Notes under the pieces: model-generated
Database searches by the model: none
Told to the model about the DNA's origin: nothing
Seen by the model: only the letters and a program-made list of their open reading frames with translations
Made by a program: the position numbers and the translations under genes
Shown: positions 1 to 9,610 of the stretch, in pieces
Layout: every line of letters starts with the position of its first letter
Position numbering within the stretch: the first letter of the stretch is position 1
NCBI GenBank assembly: GCA_963702435.1
Contig: CAVPCR010000003.1
Span: 256,001 to 320,000, forward strand
Source: Candidatus Eiseniibacteriota bacterium
Lineage (GTDB): Bacteria > Eisenbacteria > RBG-16-71-46 > CAVPCR01
DNA length: 64,000 bases
Reading direction: 5' to 3'

Positions 1-605
1 CGCGGGCCTGGAGGACATCGTTCCGTGCAACAGAACCGAGCTCGAAGAGGGTCTCGGCCCGCCGGAGCTGGTCCTCGGCGAGCGACACCGCTTCATCCCG
101 CACTTCACTCAGACGCATCGCCTTGAGGAGCTCGTAGAACTGGATGCGGACAGCGAGCGCCACGTCGAGCTTCTGCGCCTCGTTCAAGCCGCGGCCCGCA
201 CGCTCGCCGGCCTTGGCGCCTTTCACGTTCTGGATGTTCGCCCAGCTGAAGAACATCTGGCTCAGGCTGACCCCGAGCCTCGGCTGTCGTTTTCTGAAAT
301 TGGAGTCTGGAGCTGACCGCTCTCGGAGCTGATGGGCGCGCCCTCGCTGTAGCGATGGTCATAGCTGGCGTCCGCGCTCACGCTCGGCAGGATGCCCCGG
401 TACGACTGCCAGACCCGGCCCTGCGCCGCGAGCAGGTTCGCCGCCGCGATCTGGACGTCGTAATTCCGCTCGAGGGCGAGCCTGACCGCCTCCTCCACGG
501 TGAGCGAGTCGGGAAGAACCGGCACGTCCTGGGCAAGAGCCCCGCCGGCGACGAGAAGGGCGAGAAAGAGGCAGCGATCACGCTAGATGGGCGAGACCGA
601 GTCAT
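1..605 (-). CDS. TolC/outer membrane efflux family protein, N-terminal part (runs off the window; apparent frameshifts near 570 and 278)
   Basis: GGAGG RBS then ATG at 605. Joining frames gives a signal peptide (LFLALLVAGGALAQD), LTVEEAVRLALERNYDVQIA and, in another frame, FYELLKAMRLSEV...AETLFELGSVARNDVLQAR, typical of OEP repeats. Confidence 0.8.
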
Positions 606-712
606 CGACACGAACCTCCAGGAATCCAATAGACACCCCCCGCGGGGCTTCTCCGCCGCGGGCCATGGGGCGCGCGGCAGAGCCCGCATGGGGCTCCGGC
701 CGGCCGTTTGGA

Positions 713-740
713 TGTACGGGGGCACCAACTCCCGGGTTTC
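713..740 (-). promoter_or_regulatory. Putative ECF-sigma promoter upstream of tolC-like gene
   Basis: Minus strand GAAAC-N17-CGTACA, resembling the ECF -35/-10 consensus. Confidence 0.35.
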
Positions 741-781
741 CGGGCACTCGCGCTCACGCCCGCCCTCCCCTCCGGCCCGGC

Positions 782-1549
782 CTAGCCGAGGAGGGCGGTC
801 GTCACCGTCGCCGAGCCGAGCGCCCACAATAGCCAGATCCCGAGGAGCGTGACCAGCACGGTTTTCAGGCGCAGGCGATGCGCGGAGGCGAGGCCGAGGC
901 CGATCAGCCCGATCTTCCACAGCGTGAAGACATCGAACTCCTTGAGCACCTCGAAGAGGAAGCTCGGCGGCGCGGTGCGCTCGAGGAGGAGTGCGGGACC
1001 GAAGAAGATTTCGGGCGTCCCCTGCTTGAGCATCGCCGGCAGCTTGACGGCGAGCTCGAGCACGCCGACGAGGAGCGCGTAGCAGACGACCGCCCAGGAT
1101 AGCAGGAAGGTGCCGCCCCCGCCGAGCAGGAAGGCGACGGCGAGGTGGGCGATGAGCGCCATGAGCAGAGCGGCGATCGGCATGCCGAGAGCCGCGCCCG
1201 CGATCCCGATCGCGCGCACCATGGGGCTCCGGATCACCTCCTCGGCCTGCGCCAGATCGGCCCCCGCGAGATCGCTCTGCGCGCGCATCGCTTCGAGCTG
1301 AGCCGGGAGGATCACGCGCTCGTAGCCGAAGCCGACGAGCGCCACGCTCGCGAGCGTCAGGATGAGGAGCGGCTGCCACCAGGTGCGGGGAACCCGCTCC
1401 ACCGCGGCGAAGCACGCGGGCGGCGCGACGAAGAGGTCGATCGCCCGGCGGAGGAACCCGCCTCCGGACGGGGCAGCTGGAGGACCGCCCGGCCCGCCTG
1501 CGCCCTGGTCCGTCCTGCGATCGAGCTCTGGGTCCATCCTCTCGCTCAT
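782..1549 (-). CDS. Yip1-family membrane protein
   Basis: LFVAPPACF motif, about 5 TM helices, DVFTLW..LIGLGL; GAGGAGG RBS before ATG at 1549. Confidence 0.75.
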   Translation of the reverse strand: MSERMDPELDRRTDQGAGGPGGPPAAPSGGGFLRRAIDLFVAPPACFAAVERVPRTWWQPLLILTLASVALVGFGYERVILPAQLEAMRAQSDLAGADLAQAEEVIRSPMVRAIGIAGAALGMPIAALLMALIAHLAVAFLLGGGGTFLLSWAVVCYALLVGVLELAVKLPAMLKQGTPEIFFGPALLLERTAPPSFLFEVLKEFDVFTLWKIGLIGLGLASAHRLRLKTVLVTLLGIWLLWALGSATVTTALLG

Positions 1550-1571
1550 GGGATCCTCCTCGTCCATTCCC

Positions 1572-2231
1572 CTAGCGCGGCTTGAGCACGAAACGGAACG
1601 GGATCACGATGCGCGCCTTCACCGGCACGTCCCGTTGCTTCGCCGGCTTGAACCGCGACGCGCGCGCCGCCTTGAGCGCCGCCTGCTCGAGCGCCTCGAT
1701 CGTCGTCGACTCGACCACCACCGCCTCGATGACCTTCCCCGTCTCGTCCACCGTCACCTGCACGAGCACCGTTCCCTGCGCGTGCAGATCACGGGCGATC
1801 TCCGGATAGTCCGGCTCGGCCACCTCGACGCGCTTCGGCGGCGTGTCGAAGGCCACGAACGACTCGGCCGGCGGCGGCACCACCACCGCGGCGGGCGGGG
1901 CGAACAGATCGAGCGTGGTCGGCGGCAGGGTCACGGTCGGCGCTTCCGGGTCCGGGCTCACCTCCGGCTCGACGGGTATCTCCGGGATCTCCGGCCGCTC
2001 CACCTCCGGGGGCGGCGGCGGGATGTCGATCTCGTCGGGGATCTCGATCAGCTGGACGCTCTCATCTACGTACTGGTAGGGATGCGAGGCCGGTCCCTGG
2101 CCGAAGAGGATGTAGAGGAGATGGATCGCGGTCGAGATGACGAGGCAGTAGGCGCAGTAGCGGATGTAGCGCTCGTTGAGCCTGGTGAAGGCCGCTTCGG
2201 CGCGCCCCGTCCGGTGAGGGGCGTGGTCCAT
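1572..2231 (-). CDS. tonB: Energy transducer TonB
   Basis: N-terminal TM with S..IH, Pro/Glu-rich linker, C-terminal PDYPEIAR...GTVLVQVTVDETGKV...FKPA TonB_C domain. Confidence 0.9.
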   Translation of the reverse strand: MDHAPHRTGRAEAAFTRLNERYIRYCAYCLVISTAIHLLYILFGQGPASHPYQYVDESVQLIEIPDEIDIPPPPPEVERPEIPEIPVEPEVSPDPEAPTVTLPPTTLDLFAPPAAVVVPPPAESFVAFDTPPKRVEVAEPDYPEIARDLHAQGTVLVQVTVDETGKVIEAVVVESTTIEALEQAALKAARASRFKPAKQRDVPVKARIVIPFRFVLKPR

Positions 2232-2238
2232 GGCGCCC

Positions 2239-2646
2239 CTACTCGCTCTCCGGCTCGGTGGTGAAGGAGACCGGCAGGACTCCGGCCGCCTTCAGGGCGT
2301 CGATGGCCTCTCCCATGAGCCGGTACGGAGCATTGCGATCGCAGTTGAGACCGACGATGAGATTGGGATTGCGCTGCACCTTGCCCCGGAGGACGGGCAC
2401 GAGATCCGCCATGGCGATCCGCCGGTCGTCCACGGATACGGTGCCGGCGGCGTCGATCCACACATGCGTCATGCGCTCGCGCGGCACGCTCTCCCCCATC
2501 TCCGCCCGCGGCAGCGTGATGCGGAGCCCCTCCTCGAGCCGGAAGATGGTGGTGGACATGAAGAAGATGAACAGGAGGAAGGCGATGTCGGCCATCGAGA
2601 CCGTCGGGATGAGCGTTTGGACGGGGACGGTGCGATTGAACCTCAT
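2239..2646 (-). CDS. exbD: Biopolymer transporter ExbD
   Basis: SMADIAFLLFIFFM TM with conserved Asp; DRNAPY motif. Confidence 0.9.
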   Translation of the reverse strand: MRFNRTVPVQTLIPTVSMADIAFLLFIFFMSTTIFRLEEGLRITLPRAEMGESVPRERMTHVWIDAAGTVSVDDRRIAMADLVPVLRGKVQRNPNLIVGLNCDRNAPYRLMGEAIDALKAAGVLPVSFTTEPESE

Positions 2647-3056
2647 GGCCCGTCTCCGGCCGCGGTCTTGATCGAGATGCGCGGCGCCTCCGCCTCCTTC
2701 ACCTCGTCGAGAACCCGGATCATGGTCTGGTAGCGGGCGTCGGGATGCGTCTCGATCGAGACGACCAGCTTGTCGTTGGTGCGGAGACGCTCGCGCACGA
2801 TGTCGCTCAGCATCGAGAGATCGTCCACCGGCGTGTCGTCGGCGGAGACCAGGCTCCGGGCGTCCGTGCTCAGGACGAGCACGTCCTTCCGGTTCACCTG
2901 CTTCTTGGGCCCGCCGCGCGGCGGCAGGATGAGGGTGAGACCCTGCTCCAGGCTGAAGACGGTGCTCGAGATGAAGAAGATGAGGAGCAGGAAGGCGATG
3001 TCGGCCATCGAGGCCGAAGGGATCTCGGTCGCGACGCCGGGCCGCCTGAACTTCAT
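2643..3056 (-). CDS. exbD: Biopolymer transporter ExbD (second copy)
   Basis: SMADIAFLLLIFF TM; ARYQTMIRVLDEV. Confidence 0.9.
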   Translation of the reverse strand: MKFRRPGVATEIPSASMADIAFLLLIFFISSTVFSLEQGLTLILPPRGGPKKQVNRKDVLVLSTDARSLVSADDTPVDDLSMLSDIVRERLRTNDKLVVSIETHPDARYQTMIRVLDEVKEAEAPRISIKTAAGDGP

Positions 3057-3072
3057 CGCCTACTCCGAGGTC

Positions 3073-4010
3073 CTAGGACCGCGTCGCCCCCGGCTGTCCC
3101 TGCTGCCGCTGGTGCTCGAGGTCGACCAGGGTGTCCACCACCTCGACCGACGAGGCTTCCATCTCGGTGATGAACTTGTCGATCTTGGTGATGAACCAGT
3201 TGTAGGCCGTCTGCACCGGGATCGCGATGCAGAGTCCGGCCTCGGTGGTGATGAGCGCCTCCGAGATGCCGTTGGCGACCACCTTGGCGCTCACCTGATC
3301 CGCCGCGGCGATGGCATCGAAGGCATTGATCATGCCCGACACGGTGCCGAGGAAGCCGAGGAGCGGCGCGATCACGGTGATCGAGGCGAGCCAGATGAGC
3401 GAGCGCTGCAGGTACGCCATCTCGATCACGCCGGCGGACTCGATGGCCTTGGTCACGGCGTCCGGCCCCTTGTCGGCACGCATGAGCCCCGAGTGGAGGA
3501 CGGCGGCGATCGGTCCCGGCGTGCGGGTGCAGACCTCGATCGCGCCGTCCACGCCGCGGTCGCGGAGCGAGGACAGCAGGCGATCGATGAAGTTGCGGGT
3601 GTTGATGCGGGCGCGGGAGAGCGTGTACCAGCGCTCGAGGATGAGCGCGACGCCGATGATCGAGCAGGCGAGGAGCGGCCACATGAAGATGCCGCCCTTC
3701 ACGAACCAGTCGACCATGGCGGTGCGCACACCGCCGGTCGCCGGCCGGGCCACGGCCCCCGCCGCGGGGTCCCCCGCTGCGCTCGGCGCCACGCGTTCCG
3801 GGGCGGCGGCCGCCGGCGGCGCCGAATCCGCCGCGGGTGCGGCGGACCCGAGCGAGTCCTGCGACTCCTGCAAGTCCGCGACTCCTGCGCCAGGGCGCTT
3901 CGCGCTCCGCCCGCTGCGAGGACCAGAGCCATGAGCAGTGCGAGGAGCAGAGCGAATGACAGGATCCCGGCGGCCGCGGCCGGCCGCTGTCGATTCTCCC
4001 TCGTCAGCAT
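3073..4010 (-). CDS. exbB: MotA/TolQ/ExbB proton channel with signal peptide and Ala/Pro-rich extension (apparent 1-bp frameshift near 3878; core domain from 3717 intact)
   Basis: GGIFMWPL, APLLGFLGTVSGMI, GISEALITTEAGL. GGAGG RBS then ATG at 4010 encodes a signal peptide in a neighbouring frame. Confidence 0.85.
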
Positions 4011-4154
4011 CGCGCTCGACACCTCCCCGACGTGGACACCGGACGCCGTCCACCGTGGGCGGCCATTGTTTCGAGGCCGGCCGGGACTGTCAACTGGCTT
4101 CCTTCTCCGGGCGCTCACCTCGGTCGAGCTCCCCGGCGCTCCCACCGGCGTTGC

Positions 4155-5444
4155 CTAGGGCGTCAGGCGCTCGATGGTCCGCGGGAACGGAATCGCCTCT
4201 CGGATGTGGTGGATCCCGGCGATCCAGCCCACCGTGCGCTCGATCCCCAGCCCGTATCCGGCATGCGGCACGGTCCCGTAGCGACGGAGATCGAGATACC
4301 ACTCGAAGGCCTCGCGCGGCAGGCCGTGCTCGGCGAGCCGTTGCTCGAGGAGCGCGAGATCGCTGATGCGCTCGCCGCCGCCCACGATCTCGCCGTAGCC
4401 CTCCGGGGCGAGGAGATCCGCCGACAGCGAGAGCCGCGGATCGGCCGGATCGGGCTGCATGTAGAACGCCTTCACCGCGGCCGGGAACCGATGCACGAAG
4501 ACCGGCCGGTCGTAGTCGGCGACCAGCGCCTCCTCGTCGGGCGCGCCGAAGTCGCCGCCCCAGGCGAAATCGCGTCCTTTCGCCTTGAGCCGTGCCACCG
4601 CATCATCGTAGTGGAGCCGCGGGAACGGCGAGCGCACGCGCTCGAGCGGCGCCGTGTCGCGCTCGAGCACCTCGAGCTCGGCGCGCCGGCGCTCAAGCAC
4701 CCGCTCGACGATGAAGACGACCATGGCCTCGGCGATCTGCATGGCGTCCTCGAGCCGCGCAAACGCCATTTCCGGCTCGACCATCCAGAACTCGGTCAAG
4801 TGGCGCCGCGTCTTCGACTTCTCGGCGCGGAAGACCGGCCCGAAGCTGTACACGCGGCCGAAGGACATGGCGGTCGCCTCGTTGTAGAGCTGGCCGGACT
4901 GCGTGAGGTAGGCCTTCTCGCCGAAGTACGGCACCTCGAACAGGGTCGTCGTACCCTCGCACGCCGCCGGCGTGAACATCGGCGTGTCCACCAGCACGAA
5001 ATCGCGGTCGTCGAGGAAATCCCGGCACGCGCGCACCACCTCGCTCCGGATGCGGAGCAGCGCGTGCTGCATCGCCGAGCGGATCCAGAGGTGGCGGATC
5101 GGCAGCAGGAACTCGATCGAATGGTCCTTCTTGCTGATCGGGTATTCCGCGGCCAGGGCGAGGATCTCGACGTCGGTGACGGCGATCTCGTGGCCACCGG
5201 GAGCACGCGCGTCCGCGCGCACCGTACCGGTGAGGCGGATCGCCGACTCCGGCGTCATCTCGCCGCACGCCGCGAAGGCCGGATCGGACACCGCGCCCTT
5301 GGCGACGACACACTGGATGGTCCCCGAGCCGTCGCGAAGCTCGATGAAGTAGAGCTTCCCGGAGTGGCGCCGGTTGTAGAGCCAGCCCTTGAGCTCGACC
5401 TCGGCACCCACGTGGCGCCCGACCTCGGCCACACGCGCCGGCAT
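4155..5444 (-). CDS. asnS: Asparagine--tRNA ligase
   Basis: OB fold [52 protein letters not shown]. Confidence 0.95.
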   Translation of the reverse strand: MPARVAEVGRHVGAEVELKGWLYNRRHSGKLYFIELRDGSGTIQCVVAKGAVSDPAFAACGEMTPESAIRLTGTVRADARAPGGHEIAVTDVEILALAAEYPISKKDHSIEFLLPIRHLWIRSAMQHALLRIRSEVVRACRDFLDDRDFVLVDTPMFTPAACEGTTTLFEVPYFGEKAYLTQSGQLYNEATAMSFGRVYSFGPVFRAEKSKTRRHLTEFWMVEPEMAFARLEDAMQIAEAMVVFIVERVLERRRAELEVLERDTAPLERVRSPFPRLHYDDAVARLKAKGRDFAWGGDFGAPDEEALVADYDRPVFVHRFPAAVKAFYMQPDPADPRLSLSADLLAPEGYGEIVGGGERISDLALLEQRLAEHGLPREAFEWYLDLRRYGTVPHAGYGLGIERTVGWIAGIHHIREAIPFPRTIERLTP

Positions 5445-5544
5445 GGGGCGGCTCTCCGAATCCAACGCTCTTCACCTCCCGGCCCTCGACCGCGCGCGGC
5501 GTGCGGCCCGGGCCGCCTCTCGCCTTGAGACAAATTGAAGCGCC

Positions 5545-5573
5545 ACGCTAGCAAACGCTTGCCAGGAGGTCAA
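5545..5573 (-). promoter_or_regulatory. Putative sigma70 promoter for asnS
   Basis: TTGACC-N17-TAGCGT. Confidence 0.55.
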
Positions 5574-5727
5574 TTCGGCCGCCTGGGCGGGGCCTGCCGA
5601 CCGCGCGCCCGGCAGCATGCTCTTCCGCGGGTGTGACCTCCTTCCGGGCGCCGCGGGGCCGGGCGGTGGGCCTTCCGGCTCCAGAACCCCCCGCCCACGG
5701 ACGATAAGACCCGGGAAGGGATCCACC

Positions 5728-7662
5728 ATGCTGCTCCGGTCGCGCCCCAGGAATTGGGCGCTCCTCTTCATCGCTCTCGCGATCGCCGGCGTGCTCGGCG
5801 CTGCGGCCTGGTGTCCGGCGCCGGCGGCAGCGGAGCCAGAGCCGACCGGCGCGTCATCGGTGACGCCCGTCCCCGCCGACCTTCCCCCGCTCGCCCTCGA
5901 TCCCTACCGCGAGCTCCTCCGCGCCCGGGACAGCTGGCAGCGCGGCGACGAGGAGGAGGCCCGCGCCGCGCTCGAGCGCGCCCGCACCATCGACCGCGGC
6001 CTCATCGAACCCGACCTCGCTGCAGCGACCTACGAGCTGCCCTGGGCCACGAGCGCCGCGGGCGAACATCTCCTCGGGGCCTATGCGACCCTCGAGTCGC
6101 GCTTCGCGCTCCAGTCGCAGTCCCTGGCCGGCATCGCCTGGGGGAGCCTCGCCATCCTGGCCGCGGCCATCACGCTCCTCGCCGCGGCCCACGCCTCGAT
6201 CGCGGCGCGCCCGCTCCACCATCTCCTCGCCGAGCGCTTCGCGCCCGCGCTCACGCCGCGGCTGGCCGCGGTGGCCGCCGGACTCCTCCTCGTCCTGCCG
6301 CTGGTCTGGGGCGCCGGCCCGCTGGCCACGGCGCTCGCCGTCCTCGTCCTCGCGGCGCCGCCCCGCACCCGGCGCCACCTCGTGCTCGCGGGCGCCGGCG
6401 CCGCACTCATCCTCGGCCTCGGGCTCGCCCCGTACCTCGCGCCGGGCGTGCTGACTCCCGCCGATTTCGACGACGTGGCGCAGGTTCTTGATGCGGCCGA
6501 CCACGCCCCGCTCACGCCCGCCCTCGCCGCGCGCCTCGAGGCGGCGGCCGACCGCGGCATCGACCAGGCCCTCCTCGTCCATGCCGGGGCGCTGGCCCGC
6601 GCCGGGCGTCGCGCCGAGGCCGCACCGCTCCTCGCCCGCTACATGGAGCGGCAGCCCGCCGACCCGCGCGGCCCGCTCGCCGTCGGCAACCTCCTGCTCG
6701 CGGCCGGTGACCCGCGCAACGCGGTCGGCCGCTACCGCCAGGCCGCGGCCCTCGACTCGACGAACGCTGCACCTCTCGTCAACATGGCCCTCGCCTACTC
6801 GCAGGTCATGCAGTTCGAGATGGCGAACGAGGCGCTCGCCGCCGCCGGCCGCATCGACCCGGCGACCGTGGCCGCCATCTCGGGCGCGCGCACGCCGGGA
6901 GCGGCCGCCCCGCTCCCACCGCGACTCGACCCGGACGAACTGTGGGCGCTGTTCCGCGCCGAGCGCCCGCGCCGGGGCGCGGAACCGCCGCTCTGCGTGC
7001 GCATGTGGCTGCCCTGGCGCGGCGGCCCGCCGTGGCCGCTCGGCCTGTTCCTGATCGGCGCCGCCTGGTGGGCGCGCCGCGCGCTCGGCCGGAAGCCATT
7101 GCCCGGCCCGTGCGCGGGCTGCGGGCACATGGTCTGCCCGCAATGCATGGCCCATCGCCCCGGTCTCACCCTCTGCCGGGCTTGCCAGTCCAGGATCGGA
7201 GATCTGCCGGCCGAGCAGGCCCTCAAGCAGCTCCTCGCCGCGGAACGCGCGCGCCGCCGCGGGCGCGAGCGTTTCGCGCGCATCGCCTGGAATCTCGTCG
7301 TCCCGGGACATGGCCTGGTAGCGGCCGGCCGGCCCTTCGCGGCCGCGATCGCGCTCACCCTGGTCGCGGTGGCGGGAGTCGCCTTCATGACCGGCGGCCA
7401 TCCCGTCGTCCCGCTGCCCGCCGCGCCGGCGAGCCGGGGCGGACTCGTCGGACCGCAGTCCTTCGGGCTGCTCCTGCTCGCAACGCTCGCCCTGACCGCA
7501 GTCATCGGCATCACGTCGCGGCCGAGCCTCGGCCGCGCCACGCGCGGCAAGCTCGTGCCGCTCGAACAGGAGCGCCTGCGCCGGCAGGCGGCGGTCGCCG
7601 CTTCGCGTCCCGTCGAAACGGCGCCCGAACGCATCGAATGGCGGACGGGAACCGATGGCTGA
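5728..7662 (+). CDS. Multi-pass membrane protein with TPR repeats and a Cys-rich Zn-finger-like motif
   Basis: Signal-like N-terminus, TM blocks, TPR-like helices (LAVGNLLLAAGD..AVGRYRQAAALD), CAGCGHMVCPQC..LCRAC, NLVVPGHG. Confidence 0.7.
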   Translation: MLLRSRPRNWALLFIALAIAGVLGAAAWCPAPAAAEPEPTGASSVTPVPADLPPLALDPYRELLRARDSWQRGDEEEARAALERARTIDRGLIEPDLAAATYELPWATSAAGEHLLGAYATLESRFALQSQSLAGIAWGSLAILAAAITLLAAAHASIAARPLHHLLAERFAPALTPRLAAVAAGLLLVLPLVWGAGPLATALAVLVLAAPPRTRRHLVLAGAGAALILGLGLAPYLAPGVLTPADFDDVAQVLDAADHAPLTPALAARLEAAADRGIDQALLVHAGALARAGRRAEAAPLLARYMERQPADPRGPLAVGNLLLAAGDPRNAVGRYRQAAALDSTNAAPLVNMALAYSQVMQFEMANEALAAAGRIDPATVAAISGARTPGAAAPLPPRLDPDELWALFRAERPRRGAEPPLCVRMWLPWRGGPPWPLGLFLIGAAWWARRALGRKPLPGPCAGCGHMVCPQCMAHRPGLTLCRACQSRIGDLPAEQALKQLLAAERARRRGRERFARIAWNLVVPGHGLVAAGRPFAAAIALTLVAVAGVAFMTGGHPVVPLPAAPASRGGLVGPQSFGLLLLATLALTAVIGITSRPSLGRATRGKLVPLEQERLRRQAAVAASRPVETAPERIEWRTGTDG

Positions 7663-7683
7663 TCGCGCACTGGTGGACAAGAC

Positions 7684-8898
7684 ATGGCGCTGACCGGAAA
7701 CATCGCCGACTGGAGTCTGGCCGATCTGCTGCAGATCATCGCGGCGGAGCGCAAGTCGGGCACGCTCACGCTCCAGCGCGAGGACGATGAGGTCCACCTC
7801 GACTTCACCGCCGGCCTCCTCGTCGGCGCCAGCGAGCACCGCACGCGTGCCGCGGAGGCGGACAGCAAGCGCCAGAGCGCGCGCCTCCTCACCGGCCGCC
7901 GCGGCGCGGCGGCGCTCGGCGCGGAGAGCCCCGGCGGCTTCCTCGCCTTCCTCGTCACGAGCGGTCGCGTGCGCCCGGAGCAGGCGCGGGCCGTGATCCT
8001 CCTCGCCCACGAGACGAGCGCGGACACGGTGAGCGCGCTCCTCAAGGGCGAGCTCATGACGCACGAGGCGCTCGAAGAGGCCATGACCGCCTACGCCCAG
8101 GACCTCTTCACGCGCGTCCTGACCTGGGAGTCCGGCGATTACACCTTCGCCGCCGCGGCGCGGGCCGAGCGGGCCCGCGGCGCCGCGAGACCGGGCACGC
8201 GGGCCGACCGACCCGGCGGCGCACAGCCGTCGCGCCCGACAACGACCGCCGGCGCGGCCGGCACCGTGGCGCTCAATACCGACGGCCTCCTCCTCGAGGG
8301 CATGCGGCGGATCGACGAGCAACCGCGCATCGCCGCCGTCGTGCAGCCGGAGACCGTCTTCACGCGCGCCGAGGGGGATCGGCCGATCCCGGCGGATCTC
8401 GGTCGCCGCGAGGCAAAGCTCCTCGCCCTCGTCGACGGCCGGCGCGACACGCGCTCCCTCGCCCCGCTCGCTCAGCTCGGCGAGTACGAGGCGGCCGAGG
8501 CGCTCTACAACCTGCATCAGGGCGGTTTCATCGTCGCGCGCGACGGCGACAATCGGGCCGCCATCGTGCCGCGCACCCTGCTCCCGGCCGAGCGCCCGCA
8601 CGCCTCCTTCCTGCAGGTGGTCGCGCTCGCCATGGTGCTGGCCGTCTCGCTCGCCTTCCGCCTGGGCGGGGCGAGCCTGTTCCTCCCGGGGATGGGTTCC
8701 GCCACCGTCGCCGCGCCGCTTCCGGCGCGCGAGGAGTCCGCCCTCCGCTTCGCCGAGGCGCTCTTCGTGTCGCACCACGGCCGCCCGGCGACGAGCGCCG
8801 AGGAGCTCGTGCGGGCGGGACTGCTCCCCGGCGGTTTCGGGCGCTGGGATGGCGCCGTGCCGGCGCCGGCCGCATCGCCACCGCCACCCGCGCCCTGA
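7684..8898 (+). CDS. DUF4388 domain protein with C-terminal TM and pseudopilin-like tail
   Basis: MALTGNIADWSLADLLQII..KSGTLTL, LTWESGDYTF, LLLEGMRRIDE, LVDGRR. Confidence 0.8.
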   Translation: MALTGNIADWSLADLLQIIAAERKSGTLTLQREDDEVHLDFTAGLLVGASEHRTRAAEADSKRQSARLLTGRRGAAALGAESPGGFLAFLVTSGRVRPEQARAVILLAHETSADTVSALLKGELMTHEALEEAMTAYAQDLFTRVLTWESGDYTFAAAARAERARGAARPGTRADRPGGAQPSRPTTTAGAAGTVALNTDGLLLEGMRRIDEQPRIAAVVQPETVFTRAEGDRPIPADLGRREAKLLALVDGRRDTRSLAPLAQLGEYEAAEALYNLHQGGFIVARDGDNRAAIVPRTLLPAERPHASFLQVVALAMVLAVSLAFRLGGASLFLPGMGSATVAAPLPAREESALRFAEALFVSHHGRPATSAEELVRAGLLPGGFGRWDGAVPAPAASPPPPAP

Positions 8899-8908
8899 CG
8901 GCGCGTCG

Positions 8909-8978
8909 CTCCCTGACCGGGCTGCTCCCGGGGCCGCTCCCGGGGCCGCTCCCGGGGCCGCGCTACTCCCTGACCGGG
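8909..8978. repeat. 12-bp tandem repeat x3 (GCTCCCGGGGCC) flanked by 13-bp direct repeats
   Basis: Units at 8924, 8936, 8948; CTCCCTGACCGGG at 8909 and 8966, between convergent genes. Confidence 0.8.
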
Positions 8979-8991
8979 CCGCTCCCGCCCG

Positions 8992-9606
8992 TCATGCCCA
9001 CGCGGTCGCGAGCAAATGGGTGACCGCCGCGAGCACATCCGCGAAGACGCGGTCCGTTGCACCAGCACCTGCGGTGCCCGCGCCACCCGCGCCCGCGCCA
9101 CCCGCACCCGCGCCACCCGCGCCCGCGCCCGCCCCGCCGGCGGCGAGCGTCGCCTCCCCGACCCCGGTCCGGACGAGGAGACCCCCGGCGAGCCAGCGCG
9201 CGCCGAGCTCGACGTCCGCCGTCTTGTCGCCGATCGCGTAGGACCGGGCGAGGTCCAGATCCAGCTCGCGCGCCGCAGCGTGGACGAGCAGCCCCGCGGG
9301 CTTCCGGCAAGCACAGCCGTCCTCCGGGTGATGGGGACAGCTGTAGATGCCGTCGAGGACGGCACCCTCCGCCGCCAGGAGCTCCTTCAATCGTCCGTGC
9401 TGCGCCGCAAGATCCTGCGCGGTGAAGTAACCGCGCCCGATCCCGGACTGGTTCGAGACCACGACGGCGGCGATCCCGCGCTCGTTCAGGCGGCGCACCG
9501 CCGCCGCCGCGCCGGGGAGGAGCGCGATCTCGGCGGCGCTCCGCGCGTAGCCGCGATCGAGAACGAGGGTACCGTCGCGGTCGAGGAAGCAGGCGGGGCG
9601 AGCCAT
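8992..9606 (-). CDS. gmhB: D,D-heptose 1,7-bisphosphate phosphatase (HAD IIIA)
   Basis: FLDRDGT, VVSNQSGIGRG, CPHHPEDGCACRKP, IGDK; adjacent to a GT9. Confidence 0.9.
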   Translation of the reverse strand: MARPACFLDRDGTLVLDRGYARSAAEIALLPGAAAAVRRLNERGIAAVVVSNQSGIGRGYFTAQDLAAQHGRLKELLAAEGAVLDGIYSCPHHPEDGCACRKPAGLLVHAAARELDLDLARSYAIGDKTADVELGARWLAGGLLVRTGVGEATLAAGGAGAGAGGAGAGGAGAGGAGTAGAGATDRVFADVLAAVTHLLATAWA

Positions 9607-9610
9607 GGCG

